The position numbers and the translations under genes were made by a program. Below are positions 12,520 to 26,821 of a stretch of 64,000 nt of DNA, piece by piece. This DNA comes from Anaeramoeba ignava BMAN (lineage: Eukaryota > Protista > Anaeramoebae), in the NCBI GenBank assembly GCA_028826165.1, contig JAPDFW010000086.1, forward strand, positions 186,001 through 250,000, in the 5' to 3' direction. Under the pieces are notes generated by a model. It was not told the DNA's origin. It made no database searches and was given only the letters and a program-made list of their open reading frames with translations. How positions within the stretch are numbered: position 1 is the stretch's first letter; each line of letters begins with the position of its first letter.

Positions 12520-15500
12520 TTATTATTATTTTTGTTTAAAATTTATTATTATTCTTGTTTAAAATTTATTCCACATTTTTTATTTAAAATTGATTATATT
12601 TTTTATTTAAAATTTATTATTATTTTTTGTTTAAAATTTATTCCACATTTTTTATTTAAAATTTATTATTATTTTTTGTTTAAAATTTATTCCACATTTT
12701 TTATTTAAAATTTATTATTATTTTTGTTTAAAATTTATTATTATTTTTATTTAAAATTTATTCCACATTTTTTGTTTGAAATTGTTTATTATTTTTTGTT
12801 TAAAATTGTTTATTATTTTTGTTTAAAATTTATTCCACATTTTTTATTTAAAATTGATTATTATTTTTTATTTAAAATTTATTCCACATTTTTTGTTTAA
12901 AATTGTTTATATTTTTTGTTTGAAATTGTTTATATTTTTTGTTTAAAATTGATTACATTTCTTGTTTAAAATTTATTATTTTTTTTGTTTAAAATTTATT
13001 CCACATTTTTTGTTTAAAATTTATTCCATATTTTTTATTTAAAATTTATTATTATTTTTTGTTTAAAATTTATTATTATTTTTGTTTAAAATTTATTCCA
13101 CATTTATTTAAAATTTATTCCACATTTTTTGTTTAAAATTTATTATTATTTTTTGTTTAAAATTTATTATTATTTTTTATTTAAAATTTATTCCACATTT
13201 TTTATTTAAAATTTATTATTATTTTTTGTTTAAAATTTATTCCACATTTTTTATTTAAAATTTATTCCATATTTTTTGTTTAAAATTTATTATTATTTTT
13301 ATTTAAAATTTATTCCACATTTTTTATTTGAAATTGATTATTATTTTTTGTTTAAAATTTATTCCACATTTTTTATTTAAAATTTATTCCACATTTTTGT
13401 TTTTAAAATTTATTATTATTTTTGTTTGAAATTTATTATTATTTTTTATTTAAAATTTATTATTATTTTTTGTTTAAAATTTATTCCATATTTTTTGTTT
13501 AAAATTGATTATTATTTTTTATTTAAAATTTATTATTATTTTTTGTTTAAAATTTATTAACATTTTTGTTTAAAATTTATTATTATTTTTTGTTTAAAAT
13601 TTATTCCATATTTTTTGTTTAAAATTGATTCCACATTTTTTATTTAAAATTTATTATTATTTTTATTTAAAATTTATTCCACATTTTTTGTTTGAAATTT
13701 ATTATTATTTTTGTTTAAAATTTATTATTATTTTTGTTTAAAATTGTTTATATTTTTATTTAAAATTTATTATTATTTTTGTTTGAAATTTATTATTATT
13801 TTTTATTTAAAATTTATTATTATTTTTGTTTAAAATTTATTCCACATTTTTTGTTTAAAATTTATTATTATTTTTGTTTAAAATTTATTATTATTTTTGG
13901 TTTAAAATTTATTCCACATTTTTTATTTAAAATTGTTTATTATTTTTTGTTTAAAATTTATTATTATTTTTGTTTGAAATTTATTATTATTTTTATTTGA
14001 AATTTATTCCACATTTTTTATTTAAAATTTATTATTATTTTTGTTTAAAATTGTTTATTATTTTTTGTTTAAAATTTATTCCACATTTTTTATTTGAAAT
14101 TTATTCCACATTTTTTATTTAAAATTTATTATTATTTTTTGTTTAAAATTTATTATTATTTTTTATTTGAAATTTATTCCATATTTTTATTTGAAATTTA
14201 TTCCACATTTTTATTTAAAATTTATTATTATTTTTGTTTTAAAATTTATTATTATTTTTTATTTGAAATTTATTCCATATTTTTATTTGAAATTTATTCC
14301 ACATTTTTTATTTAAAATTGTTTATATTTTTGTTTAAAATTTATTATTATTTTTGTTTAAAATTGATTATTATTTTTATTTAAAATTGATTATTATTTTT
14401 TGTTTAAAATTTATTATTATTTTTGTTTGAAATTTATTCCACATTTTTTATTTAAAATTTATTCCACATTTTTTATTTAAAATTGATTACATTTTTTGTT
14501 TAAAATTTATTATTATTTTTTGTTTAAAATTTATTCCACATTTTTTATTTAAAATTGCTTATTATTTTTGTTTAAAATTGATTACATTTTTTATTTAAAA
14601 TTTATTCCATATTTTTTGTTTAAAATTTATTATTATTTTTTATTTAAAATTTATTATTATTTTTTATTTAAAATTGTTTATTATTTTTTGTTTAAAATTT
14701 ATTATTATTTTTGTTTAAAATTTATTCCACATTTTTTATTTGAAATTGATTATTATTTTTTGTTTAAAATTTATTCCACATTTTTTATTTGAAATTTATT
14801 CCACATTTTTTATTTAAAATTGATTACATTTCTTGTTTAAAATTGTTTATTATTTTTTGTTTAAAATTTATTCCACATTTTTTATTTGAAATTTATTCCA
14901 CATTTTTTATTTAAAATTTATTATTATTTTTTGTTTAAAATTTATTATTATTTTTTATTTGAAATTTATTCCATATTTTTTATTTGAAATTTATTCCACA
15001 TTTTTTATTTAAAATTGTTTATATTTTTGTTTAAAATTTATTATTATTTTTGTTTAAAATTGATTATTATTTTTATTTAAAATTGATTATTATTTTTTGT
15101 TTAAAATTTATTATTATTTTTGTTTGAAATTTATTCCACATTTTTTATTTAAAATTTATTCCACATTTTTGTTTAAAATTGATTACATTTTTTGTTTAAA
15201 ATTTATTATTATTTTTGTTTAAAATTTATTCCACATTTTTTATTTAAAATTGCTTATTATTTTTGTTTAAAATTGATTACATTTTTTATTTAAAATTTAT
15301 TCCATATTTTTTGTTTAAAATTTATTATTATTTTTTATTTAAAATTGTTTATTATTTTTTGTTTAAAATTTATTATTATTTTTGTTTAAAATTTATTCCA
15401 CATTTTTTATTTGAAATTGATTATTATTTTTTGTTTAAAATTTATTATTATTTTTGTTTAAAATTGATTATTATTCTTGTTTAAAATTTATTATTATTTT

Positions 15501-16405
15501 TATTTAAAATTTATTATTATTTTTGTTTAAAATTGTTTATTATTTTTGTTTAAAATTTATTATTTTTGTTTAAAATTGTTTATTATTTTTTATTTAAAAT
15601 TTATTCCACATTTTTTGTTTAAAATTTATTCCACATTTTTTATTTAAAATTTATTATTATTTTTGTTTAAAATTGATTATTATTCTTGTTTAAAATTTAT
15701 TATTATTTTTATTTAAAATTTATTATTATTTTTGTTTAAAATTGTTTATTATTTTTGTTTAAAATTGTTTATTATTTTTGTTTAAAATTTATTATTATTT
15801 TTGTTTAAAATTGTTTATATTTTTATTTAAAATTTATTCCACATTTTTTATTTGAAATTTATTCCACATTTTTTATTTAAAATTTATTAACATTTTTATT
15901 TAAAATTTATTCCACATTTTTTATTTGAAATTGATTATTATTTTTTGTTTAAAATTTATTATTATTTTTGTTTTAAAATTTATTATTATTTTTTGTTTAA
16001 AATTTATTCCATATTTTTTGTTTAAAATTTATTCCACATTTTTTATTTGAAATTGTTTATTATTTTTATTTGAAATTTATTCCATATTTTTTGTTTAAAA
16101 TTTATTATTATTTTTATTTAAAATTGTTTATTATTTTTGTTTAAAATTGATTATTATTTTTGTTTGAAATTTATTCCACATTTTTTGTTTAAAATTTATT
16201 CCACATTTTTTGTTTAAAATTTATTCCACATTTTTTATTTAAAATTTATTCCACATTTTTTGTTTAAAATTTATTCCACATTTTTTGTTTAAAATTGTTT
16301 ATTATTTTTGTTTAAAATTGATTATTATTTTTGTTTAAAATTGTTTATTATTTTTGTTTAAAATTTATTAATATTTCTTGTTTAAAATTGTTTATTATTT
16401 TTGTT
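12520..16405. repeat. ~3.9-kb intergenic minisatellite, ~23-24-bp variants (TTTAAAATTTATTCCACATTTTT / TTTAAAATTTATTATTATTTTT)
   Basis: Direct reading; contains a ~695-bp higher-order duplication (near-identical ORFs at 14568 and 15263). Confidence 0.95.
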
Positions 16406-16484
16406 TTAAAAAAAAATTAGAAAAAATTCTCATTTTTTTTTGTTTTTTTTTTTTCATTTTTTCTCTTTCTTTTTTTTAAAATAA

Positions 16485-19400
16485 ATGGATATCTTCAAAA
16501 TTATAGAACAAAATGATAACGAATCACTCAAACAAATTAAAACAATCCCACAAAAAGATCTTCAAAAAAATGGAAAGCCAATTTTGCATTTTGCAATCGA
16601 AAAAAAAGTTTCAAAAGAAATGATAGAAAATTTAATTCAAAAAGGAGCAAATCCAAATTCAAAGAATAAAGAAAATAGAAACTCTTTATATTTTGCTATT
16701 ATGAATAATTCAGAAACCAAAATAATAGAAACCTTAATTTCAAAAGGAGCCAAGTTTGATTCCAAAAATAATAATAACAAAAAGAAAAACATTCTTCATT
16801 TCACTTTAATTCATTCACAAAGAGAAGATATCTTGCAAGTTATCAAACTTTTAATTAGAAAAGGAGCAGATGTTAACTCAAAAACAAACAAAGACGAAAG
16901 TGCTTTGCATTTTGCTTGTCAAAATCATCCAATTAAAATAATTCAATTTTTCACTAAAAAAAAACTCAGTCTCAATTCAAGAACCAAAAAAAATCAAACT
17001 ACGCTTCATTTTGCCTGTCAAAAAAATTCACTTGAAGTTATTCAATACTTGATTTCAAAAGGACTTGATATTCACGCCAAAACCAAAAAAAATTCAACAG
17101 CAATTCATGCTGCTTGTTGGAAAAATTCAGTTGATGTGATTAAGTTCCTAATTTCAAAAGGACTTGATATTAACGCCAAAACTAAACAAAATGCATCAAG
17201 TCTGCATTTCGCTTCCGCAAAAAATTCGCTTCAAGTGGTTCAATACTTGATTTCAAAAGGACTGGATATTCACGCAAAAACAAATTTTAATGAATCAATT
17301 CTTCATTCTGCATGTCGAAATAATTCACTTGAAATGATTCAGTATTTAATCTCAAAAGGAGTAGATATTCATACAAAAACAAGTTATAATGCAACAATTC
17401 TTCATTTTGCTTCCCAGAAAAATTCACTTGAAGTGATTGAGTACTTAATCTCAAAAGGAGTGGATATTGATACAAAAACAACTTTTAATGAGTCAATTCT
17501 ACATTTAGCTTGTTGGAAGAATTCACTTGAAGTGATTGATTATTTAATCTCAAAAGGATTTGATATTCACGCCAAAACTAATCTCAATAAAACAATGTTA
17601 CATTTCGCTTGTTGGAAAAATTCACTTGATGTGATTGATTATTTGATTTCAAAAGGGGTTGATATTAATGCCAAAACAAATTATAATGCATCAATTCTGC
17701 ATTTTGCTTGCCAAAATAATTCACTTGATGTGATTGATTATTTAATATCAAAAGGACTTGATATTAATGCCAAAACAAATTATAATGCATCAATTCTGCA
17801 TTTTGCTTGCCAAAATAATTCACTTGAAGTGATTGAGTATTTAATATCAAAAGGACTTGATATCCACGCCAAAACAAATTATAATGCATCAACTTTGCAT
17901 TTTGCATGTCGCAAGAATTCACTTGAATTGATCAAGTATTTGATCAAAAAGGGAGTGGATATCCAAGCCAAAACCAAAAAAAATTCATCATCTTTGCACA
18001 TTGCATGCCAGAAAAACACACTCGAAGTTGTGAAATATTTAATTAAGAAAGGAGTCGATATTAATGCCAAAACAAGAATGAATGAAACGGTTTTGCATTT
18101 TGCTTGTTGGAAAAATTCACTTGAAGTGATCAAGTATTTGATTTCAAAAGGGCTTGATATCCACGCCAAAACAATTCACAATGAAACAACTTTGCATCTT
18201 GCATGCCAGAAAAATTCGCTTGAAGTGATCCAATTTTTGGTTGAAAAGGGAGTTGATATCAACGAGAAAACAATCAATACTAAAACAATATTGCATTATG
18301 CATGCCAGAAAAATTCACTTGAAGTGATTGAATATCTAATTTCGAAAGGAATCGATATCCACGCAAAAACCAAGACGAACGAAACTGCGCTGCATATTGC
18401 ATGCCAGAAAAACTCAGTCGAAGTTATTGAGTATTTGATTTCAAAAGGACTTGATATTCACGCCAAGACAATTGATAATAAAACAACTTTGCATTATGCG
18501 TGCCAGAAAAATTCGCTTCAAGTGATCAAATACTTAATCTCGAAAGGAATGAAGATTAATGAAAAAACAGAAAGAAATTTAACCGTTTTGCATATTGCAT
18601 GTTTTAAAAATTCGATTGAGGTTATCAAGTATTTAATTTCTCAAGGAGCAGATATTCATGCCAAAACAAACCAAAGCCAAACGGTTTTGCATTTTGCAAG
18701 TTGGAAGAATTCACTTGATGTGATCAAATTTCTTGTGTTGAAAGGAGTTGATCTTAACGAAAAAACCAACCAAAATTTAACAGTTTTGCATTTTGCATGT
18801 CTAAACAATTCACTTGAAGTAATTGAATACTTAATCTCAGAAGGACTTGATATTCACGCCAAAACAATTTACAACCAAAACACTTTGCATTATGCGTGCC
18901 AGAAAAACTCACTCCAAATCATCAAATTTCTCATTTCAAAAGGAGTTGATATCCACGGAAAAACAAACCAAAAGGAAACCGTTTTGCATTTGGCTTGCTG
19001 GAAAAATTGTTCGATCGAAATCATCAAGTTTCTTGTTGATCAAGGAGTTGACATCAATGCAAAAACCAACAAGAACTCAACAAGTTTGCATTTTGCTTGC
19101 TCAAAAAACTCGCTTGATGTGGTTGAATACTTGGTTTCCAAAGGAGTGAATATACATGAAAAAACAAACCAAAACGCAACAGCTTTGCATTTTGCGTGTC
19201 GCAAAAACTCGCTTGATATAATTGAATACTTGATTTCTAAAGGCGTTAATATTCACGGAAAAACAAACTTCAGTTCAACCGTTTTGCACTTTGCATGTCG
19301 AAAAGAATTCAATTGATGTGATTGAGTATTTGATTTCAAAAGGAGCTGACATCAATGCAAGAACAAATCAAAACGCGACTGTTCTGCATTTTGCGTGTCT

Positions 19401-21861
19401 CAAGAATTCTCTCGATGTTCTCAAGTACTTGATTTCCAAAGGAATCGATATCAGTTCAAAAACAAACGAGAACGCAACAGTTTTGCATTATGCATGCTCG
19501 AAGAATTCAGTGGAAGTGATTAATTTCTTGATTGAAAAGGGAGTTGATATCAAAGCAAAAACAATCCGCAACGAAACCGTTTTGCATTTGGCTTGTCGAA
19601 AGAATTCGCTTCAAGTGATGAAGTTTTTGATTGAAAAAGGGCTTGATATCAACGCAAAAACCAAATACAACCAAACAGTATTGCATTATGCTTGTTGGAA
19701 AAATTCATCTTTGGAAGTGATTAAATTTCTGATTGAAAAGGGAGTTGACACTAATGTCAAGACAAAATACAGTAAATCAATACTGCATTTGGCTTGCCGA
19801 AGTAATTCATCAATTGAGATTATCAAGTATCTTATTGAGAAGGGGATTGATGTCAATGAGAGAACAAAAGAAAACCAAAATGCACTTCATTTTGCCTGTT
19901 CAAAAAATTCGATTGAGGTGATCAACTTCCTTATTGAGAAGGGACTTGATATTTATGAGAAAACAAACCGTGGTGAAACAGTTTTGCATTACGCATGTTC
20001 AAACAATAACATTGAGGTCATCAGTTTCTTGCTGGATAAGGGGTTTGATATCCACGAAAAAACCAACGAAAATGCAACCGTTTTGCATTATGCTTGTCGT
20101 AAAAACTCACTTGGCGTCATTAAGTTTCTGATTGAAAAGGGGGTCGACATCAACGCTAAAACAAAGAAAAATCAAACGGTTCTTCATTTGGCTTGCCAAA
20201 ACAATTCGATTGATATCATCAATTTACTTATTGAAAAGGGGGTTGATATCAATGCAAGAACCAGCCACAATCAAACGGTTTTGCACTATGCGTGCAGAAA
20301 AAATCTGTCTCTTGAGATCATCAAGTTCCTCATCTCCAAAGGTGTTGATATCAACGCAAGAACAAATCAAAACGCAACCGTTTTGCATTTTGCTTGTGAG
20401 AAAAACACTTCGCTTGATGTGATTAAATTACTGATTGAAAAGGGTGTCGATATTAACGCCAAAACAACAAGAAATGCAACCGTTCTTCATTTTGCATCCC
20501 AGAAAAACTCGATCAGAGTCATCAAATTCCTGATCGAAAACGGCGTGGATATCCACTCAAAAACCATCTATAACCAAAGCGTCTTGCATTACGCATGCCA
20601 ATTCAACTCCATCGAAGTGATCAATTTTCTCATCTCAAAAGGAGTTGATGTGCAGTTAAAAACAAGCGAGAAAGCAACCATTTTGCATTACGCTTGCTTG
20701 AAGAACTCCATCGACGTGATTAAATACTTGATTTCAAAAGGGCTTAATATCAAGGAAAGAACAAGCCGAAACGAAACTGTTCTGCATTTTGCCTGCAGAC
20801 AAAATTCGCTTGAAGTGGTCAAATTTTTGATTTCGCAGGGATTCGACATCCACGAAAAAAACAACCACAATCAATCCGTTTTGCATTATGCCTGCCAGCA
20901 AAACAGATCCATTGATGTGGTTAATTTCTTGATTTCTTCTGGTCTTGATATCAACCAAAAAACAAATCGCGGAGAAACCCCTCTTTCAATAGCAATCCAA
21001 AGTAGGAACCAAAACGCAATCAAATGTTTGTTGATGAACGATGCAAATGTTTATCAACTCAATCAAACTCATCTCACAAAAGAATTTGTTGATTGCTTTT
21101 CTCAAGTTTACTCCCTCAATGACGACTTCAATAACCTCTTGAAATCCGAAGAGAATTTTGGTGATCTGAAAATTGAGAGCAATGAAAATTTTGTCTTCAA
21201 TACACATCGATTGGTTTTGCTCACAAGATTTGATCAAGACCAAGTCATGCTGCAAAAATTCATCAACCTTTGTTCTCATAGCTTCAAAGAAGATATTGAA
21301 GTTGCTCTGAATTTCCTTTATACTGGATTCTACGACTTCAAGGAATTCCAAGAAGAAACAACTAGTGAAACCAAACCAACCAAACAACAACATCATCACC
21401 ATCACCACCATCACTACCAAACAGAAAATGAGGTTTGGAAGCAAAAAGAGGAGAAAATTGAGTTATTTTTCCAAAAAATGCAAATTGATTCCAAAACTTG
21501 GATTGAATCAAAAAAAGGAAGAAAAGGTGTACTCAAAGATCTCCAAAAATTATATAAAGAGGAATCAACAAAGGATTTCACAATCATTTGCGAAGAAAAA
21601 GAAATCAAAGCGCATAAACTTGTTTTGATATTGAGAAGTGAACTGTTTAAAGGAATGTTTCTAAATGTTCAAGATTCCTCCAATAAGGTTCATGATTATT
21701 CAGGGAAATCTCTCGCAACTTTGGAGCAACTGATCTATTTTTTTTATCACGATGAATTTGATTCAAATGCACTCAACAAAGAAATTATCGAAGAATTAGA
21801 AGATGCAAAGGATTATTACCAATTAAACCAAAAATCAATAATTGATTCATTTTTAAAATAA
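16485..21861 (+). CDS. Giant intronless ankyrin-repeat (~45 repeats) + C-terminal BTB/POZ protein, ~1790 aa; +1 frameshift at ~19301
   Basis: 33-aa T-LHFAC-KNS-EVI-YLISKG-DI-AKT repeats. BTB-like GDLKI..THRLVL and KDFTIICEEKEIKAHKLVLILRSELFKGMF. ORFs 16485..19316 and 19291..21861 join by deleting one A in CGAAAAGAAT, which restores CRKNSIDVIEY. Confidence 0.88.
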
Positions 21862-21926
21862 AAATCAAAATCAATAAAAGAAAATTCTTTCTTTTTCTTT
21901 TTCTTTTTCTTTTTAAATAAATAATT

Positions 21927-23593
21927 TTAGAAAAGTTGTTTAAATCTTTTGATATTATCAATCAATATCAAAATGCAAACAAAAAAGCAAATAAAAAGAA
22001 TTAAATAAAAAGGAATCAGAACAACAGCAAAAGAAGTTGAAATGACTCCAGTAATGTAACAAACAAGCATAATTTCAAAATAACCGAAAATAAAAATTGA
22101 GAAGAGAAAAACGGTAGTAAAAACACCTAAATCTTTTAATTCACCAGAAACAATGCTCACACAAAAACCAAACAAAGGAGGCATTAAATCAGTTGTAAAT
22201 AATAAGCTGAATAATTTCCAATAAGAAAACGAATCATTTAATTTGTCATCCAATTTCAATCCCAATAAAATAAAAAAAGCACAAACTAACAATAACCAAC
22301 ACAATGGGAAAATGAGAAAAGTATAATGTGCATATTTTTCACGATCGTTGCGGAAATCATCTTCGTCAATGATTTGATAAACAATAGTAGTGATCATAAA
22401 ACCAGCAATAAGTAAGATGATGTATATAAAAAGAAATACAATTAACCAACTAACATTCCATAATCTATCAATTTTCATTGAGATGAACAACACTTCCAGA
22501 TTAATCACAAGAATCATCAAGATGATCATTATTCCAGTTGATACTTGTGCTCCAAATTTAAAGCTAACAAGGATAATAATGATATAGCAAAAACACATTA
22601 CAAAACTTGGAATCAATAATGTTGTGAGTTTCATTTCCATTTTTTTATCAACATAAATATTTATTACAACAAATAAATAAGCAATTGCTAAATAAAGAAG
22701 TATTGAAAAAACTGATCGAAATGCCTCCATTCTAAGTCTTACCAGATAATCATGTTCATAATAATCTTTTGATTTGCGATTTCTTCGTCTTTTAATTTCC
22801 TTTTGAACTTCGATTGTTTTTGATTTTGCAATTTCCACTTTTTTTTTCAATTCTTCAAATGGGTTTTCCAATCGAGAAATATAATCGATTCTTTGTTGTT
22901 TTGTAGATAAAATGAAAGGGAATGCTTGACTATCAACAATATAAAAGGTGTTTCCAATGAATTTTGCCTGATTAATTTGTGGATTTAAATGGATAATTTC
23001 TTGAGGGAATTTTTGGATATCATTTTTTCTATTATTATCAACTTTAACAATATTAATATCATTATCATTATTAATATTTTCTTGATTTTCATTATTAATT
23101 TCATTATTTATATTTTTTTCATCTTCATGTTCAACTTCTTCCTTGAATTCTTCATAACTAATTTGTTTTCCTAAAATACTTAAATGATCTACATTTAAAT
23201 CCTTCCAAATGAATAACTCTTCAAAATTGATAGCAATATCTTTCCAAAGTGAAGGATGTTGAATAATTTCATTAAGATTTTTATTAGTTAAACCGACCAA
23301 AATTACTTGCCTTGGTGAAAGATATTGGAAAATTATCCATAAAACTTTTACAAAATGAACCAAAAAAAAAATATTTATTTGAATAAAAAAAATAAATAAA
23401 TTCAAGTTTCATTCAATTTTCTTTTACTTTCTGGTGGAAGATCTTCTAAAAATGGTTCTTTATCTGATGGTTTAATTGATGTTTCGGTTTCATTGGAAAT
23501 TCCAAAAATATCATCCCAAAAATTATCTTCAGGATGAAAAATAGCAACTCCTTGATCTTCATAAATTTCATAAGAATGATATTTTAATTCCAT
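21927..23593 (-). CDS. F-box protein with multi-pass TMEM185/FAM11-like membrane domain; intron 23427-23345
   Basis: Splicing gives F-box LEDLPPE|ILWIIFQYLSPRQVILVGLTNKNLNEII. The C-terminal half has ~7-8 hydrophobic helices with repeated K(L/I)D...SW/YW motifs. Confidence 0.72.
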
Positions 23594-23696
23594 TTTATAT
23601 TAAAGCAATAAAATTTTAAATCAAGAAAAATGAAAAAAAAAAAAATGAAAAATGATTTTTATTCATAAATTCATTATATTTTTTTTATTAACAGAT

Positions 23697-25996
23697 TTAT
23701 TGGGAAAATAAAAATTTTTCTTCTTCAATTCTTCTTTCTTTCTTTTTCTTAATAATTTCTTGATCAATTTCTTTTTCTTTTTTATTTTTTTTGATTAAAA
23801 AAGTTCTAAACATTTGGGGTTTTTTAATTTGTTTTGTTTGAAAATTTTTGGATCTTTCTAAAGCTCTTTTATTTCTTTCTTCTTGTTGTTTTTTTTGAAT
23901 TTCCAAATTAAGAATTCTTTCAGTTCTTCTTCTTTCTGAAAGTTGAAATTTAATAGATTTATTGATTCTATTTTGAGGTAATTTTGATAAAGAAGAAAGA
24001 ATTTTTTCCACTTTTTTTTCAATTTGAAGAAGCATTTGTAAAGATTGAGTTTGAGTTTCATTATCAAATCCAATAGAAATAAAAAAATCAGTTATTTTTT
24101 CTTCAAGAATTTCCATTTCTTTAAGAAATTCATCTTTTTTCATATTATTTTTTTCTTTTTCAATTTCCAAAATTTCTTCCAAATTTTCTTTTATTTTCAT
24201 TTCTAATCTTTTTAAATTTGGTTTCAGATCTTGATTTTCAAATTCAATTTCTCTTTCAAGTTTTTCAATTTGTTTATTAATTAATTTGATTTCTTGATTT
24301 GTTTGTTGAATATTTTGAATTAGAAAGATATTTTTAGATTCCATTTGATTAAATTGATTAAGGAATTTAGAAGGGGAATTAAAAATATTTTCTTTATCAT
24401 TTAAATTATTATTTTGAATTAAATTATTATTTTGAATTAAATTATTATTTTGAATTAAATTATTATTTTCAATTAAATTATTATTTTGATTTAAATTATT
24501 ATTTTCAATTAAATTATTATTTTTATTTAAACTATTATTTTGATTTAAATTATTATTTTCAATTAAATTATTATTTTCAATTAAATTATTATTTTGGATT
24601 AAATTATTATTTTGGATTAAATTATTATTTTGGATTAAATTATTATTTTGGATTAAACTATTATTTTCAATTAAATTATTATTTTTATTTAAATTATTAT
24701 TTTGGATTAAATTATTATTTTCAATTAAATTATTATTTTTGATTTAAATTATTATTTTTATTTAAATTATTATTTTGGATTAAATTATTATTTTGAATTA
24801 AATTATTATTTTGGATTAAATTATTATTTTGGATTAAATTATTATTTTGGATTAAATTATTATTTTGGATTAAATTATTATTTTGATTTAAATTATTATT
24901 TTGGATTAAATTATTATTTCGATTTAAATTATTATTTTGGATTAAATTATTATTTTTATTTAAATTATTATTTTGAATTAAATTATTATTTTGGTTTAAA
25001 TTATTATTTTCAATTAAATTATTATTTTGGATTAAATTATTATTTTGGATTAAACTATTATTTTGGATTAAATTATTATTTTGAATTGAATTATTATTTT
25101 CAATTAAATTATTATTTTGATTTAAATTATTATTTTCAATTAAATTATTATTTTCAATTAAATTATTATTTTGGATTAAATTATTATTTTCAATTAAATT
25201 ATTATTTTTAATTAAATTATTATTTTGGATTAAATTATTATTTTCGATTTAAATTATTATTTTGATTTAAATTATTATTTTTATTTAAATTATTATTTTC
25301 ATTTAAATTATTATTTTGGTTTAAATTATTATTTTGGATTAAATTATTATTTTGGATTAAATTATTATTTTGATTTAAATTATTATTTTGATTTAAATTA
25401 TTATTTTGAATTAAATTATTATTTTGATTTAAATTATTATTTTGATTTAAATTATTATTTTGGATTAAATTATTATTTTGATTTAAATTATTATTTTCAA
25501 TTAAATTATTATTTTGATTTAAATTATTATTTTGATTTAAATTCTCTTCTAAATTCTCTTCTAAATTCTCTTCTAAATTTTGTTCTAAATTATTTTTGGA
25601 TTGTAAAAGATCTTTTTGAATTACAAATAAAAACTTCTCCATTTTTTGCATTTCTTCAGATTTTTCTTCCCACTTTCTTAATTCATCTTTTTCTTTAATT
25701 AATTTTTGATTTTCTTCTCTAATTTTTGAATATAATTGATTTTTTATTCTAATTTCATGATCTTCTTTTTTTTTTTGATCAAGAAGAATTTTTTCATTTT
25801 TTTTCCTTTTTTTCTCAATATCTTCTTTTTGTTTTTTAATCTCTTCTTCTTTTTCTTTTAATTTCTTTTTATATTCATTTAATTTTGTATTTAAATCAAT
25901 TAATTCTTTTTTTCTTTGTTCTTTTTGATAATTTTTATAGAAATTTTGTTTTTTTTGTTGAATTTGTTCAAAAATTGATAAATTTTTTTTATTCAT
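23697..25996 (-). CDS. CFAP100/CCDC37-like coiled-coil protein with (NNNLIQ)n insert; two +1 frameshifts in repeat (~25245, ~24738)
   Basis: FNSPSKFLNQFNQMESKNIFLIQNIQ and EERNKRALERS..KKPQMFRT..EEEKFLF resemble the CFAP100/CCDC38 C-terminus; ORF frames differ by the two extra bases seen. Confidence 0.6.
24400..25540. repeat. 18-bp coding minisatellite (NNNLNQ/NNNLIQ)
   Basis: (ATTAAATTATTATTTTGG)n variants. Confidence 0.95.
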
Positions 25997-26248
25997 TTTG
26001 TTCTTTTTAAAAAAATGGAATTGAAAAAATTTGGAATTTTTTTTTTAAATTTTTTGATTTAATCAATGTCAATTTTATTTCAAAATAAAAAAATAAAAAA
26101 ATAAAATAAAAAGTGGAATGAAAATGAAAATTAAAAATAAAAATATTTGAATTAAGTTAATGTCATATTTATTTAAGTTTTTGATCAAATTTTTTTTTGA
26201 TCAAAACAAAATTATAAAACAAAACAAAAAAAACAAAAAAAAAAGAAA

Positions 26249-26821
26249 TCAAATTTTTTTAAAATCATCTGGACCTTTTGGACCAGTAGGAGAATTTCTA
26301 TAAGCCAAACTCATAGCTCTAGTCATAAAAGTTTGGAAGTATTCAAGTTGTGAAGCAAGAACACGACGTTCAGCTTCTAAAGCTTCAGTTCTTGTGCGAT
26401 ATTCTGCATTTTCATTTTCAAGTTTTTCCACTTTTTCTTCAAGATCATCGATCAATTGTTTCTGTCTTTGTCTAAATGCTTGCGCTGCCTCTCTGTTGGT
26501 TTTTAATCGATCTTCATCGTTTTTTTTTGATTTTGTTCTGTTTTCACTTTTTTTTTTTTTGCTTGAAGTGTCTCGTGTTTTTTTTGTTTTGTTTTTTGAT
26601 TTTGACTTTGTTTTTGGTTTGGATTTTGACTTTGATTTTGTTTCATTTTTCAGTTTTTTTGTTTTTAATCTTTTGATTTGAGATTCATTTAAATCATCTT
26701 CATTTGAATATGAATCTTCATTATTTTGTTCAAATTCATCTTCTTGTTCTTGAAAATTATCTGATTCTAATTCAGAATCTGTTTTTGAAAAATCTGGATT
26801 TAATTTAAATAAATTTTCCAT
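26249..26821 (-). CDS. bZIP transcription factor, intronless, 190 aa
   Basis: Basic region RLKTNREAAQAFRQRQK followed by leucine heptads LEEKVEKLENENAEY..L. Confidence 0.93.
   Translation of the reverse strand: MENLFKLNPDFSKTDSELESDNFQEQEDEFEQNNEDSYSNEDDLNESQIKRLKTKKLKNETKSKSKSKPKTKSKSKNKTKKTRDTSSKKKKSENRTKSKKNDEDRLKTNREAAQAFRQRQKQLIDDLEEKVEKLENENAEYRTRTEALEAERRVLASQLEYFQTFMTRAMSLAYRNSPTGPKGPDDFKKI

Noticed and set aside
12520-16405. CRISPR-like appearance of ~24-35-bp repeats (also 27113-29458)
   Set aside because: No unique spacers, no cas genes, eukaryotic context; these are contiguous minisatellites
24400-25625. The CFAP100-like repeat as a spliced intron
   Set aside because: The nearest plausible donor (GTAATT ~25624, phase 0) and acceptor (~24391, phase 1) are out of phase; the repeat reads as coding in a variable linker
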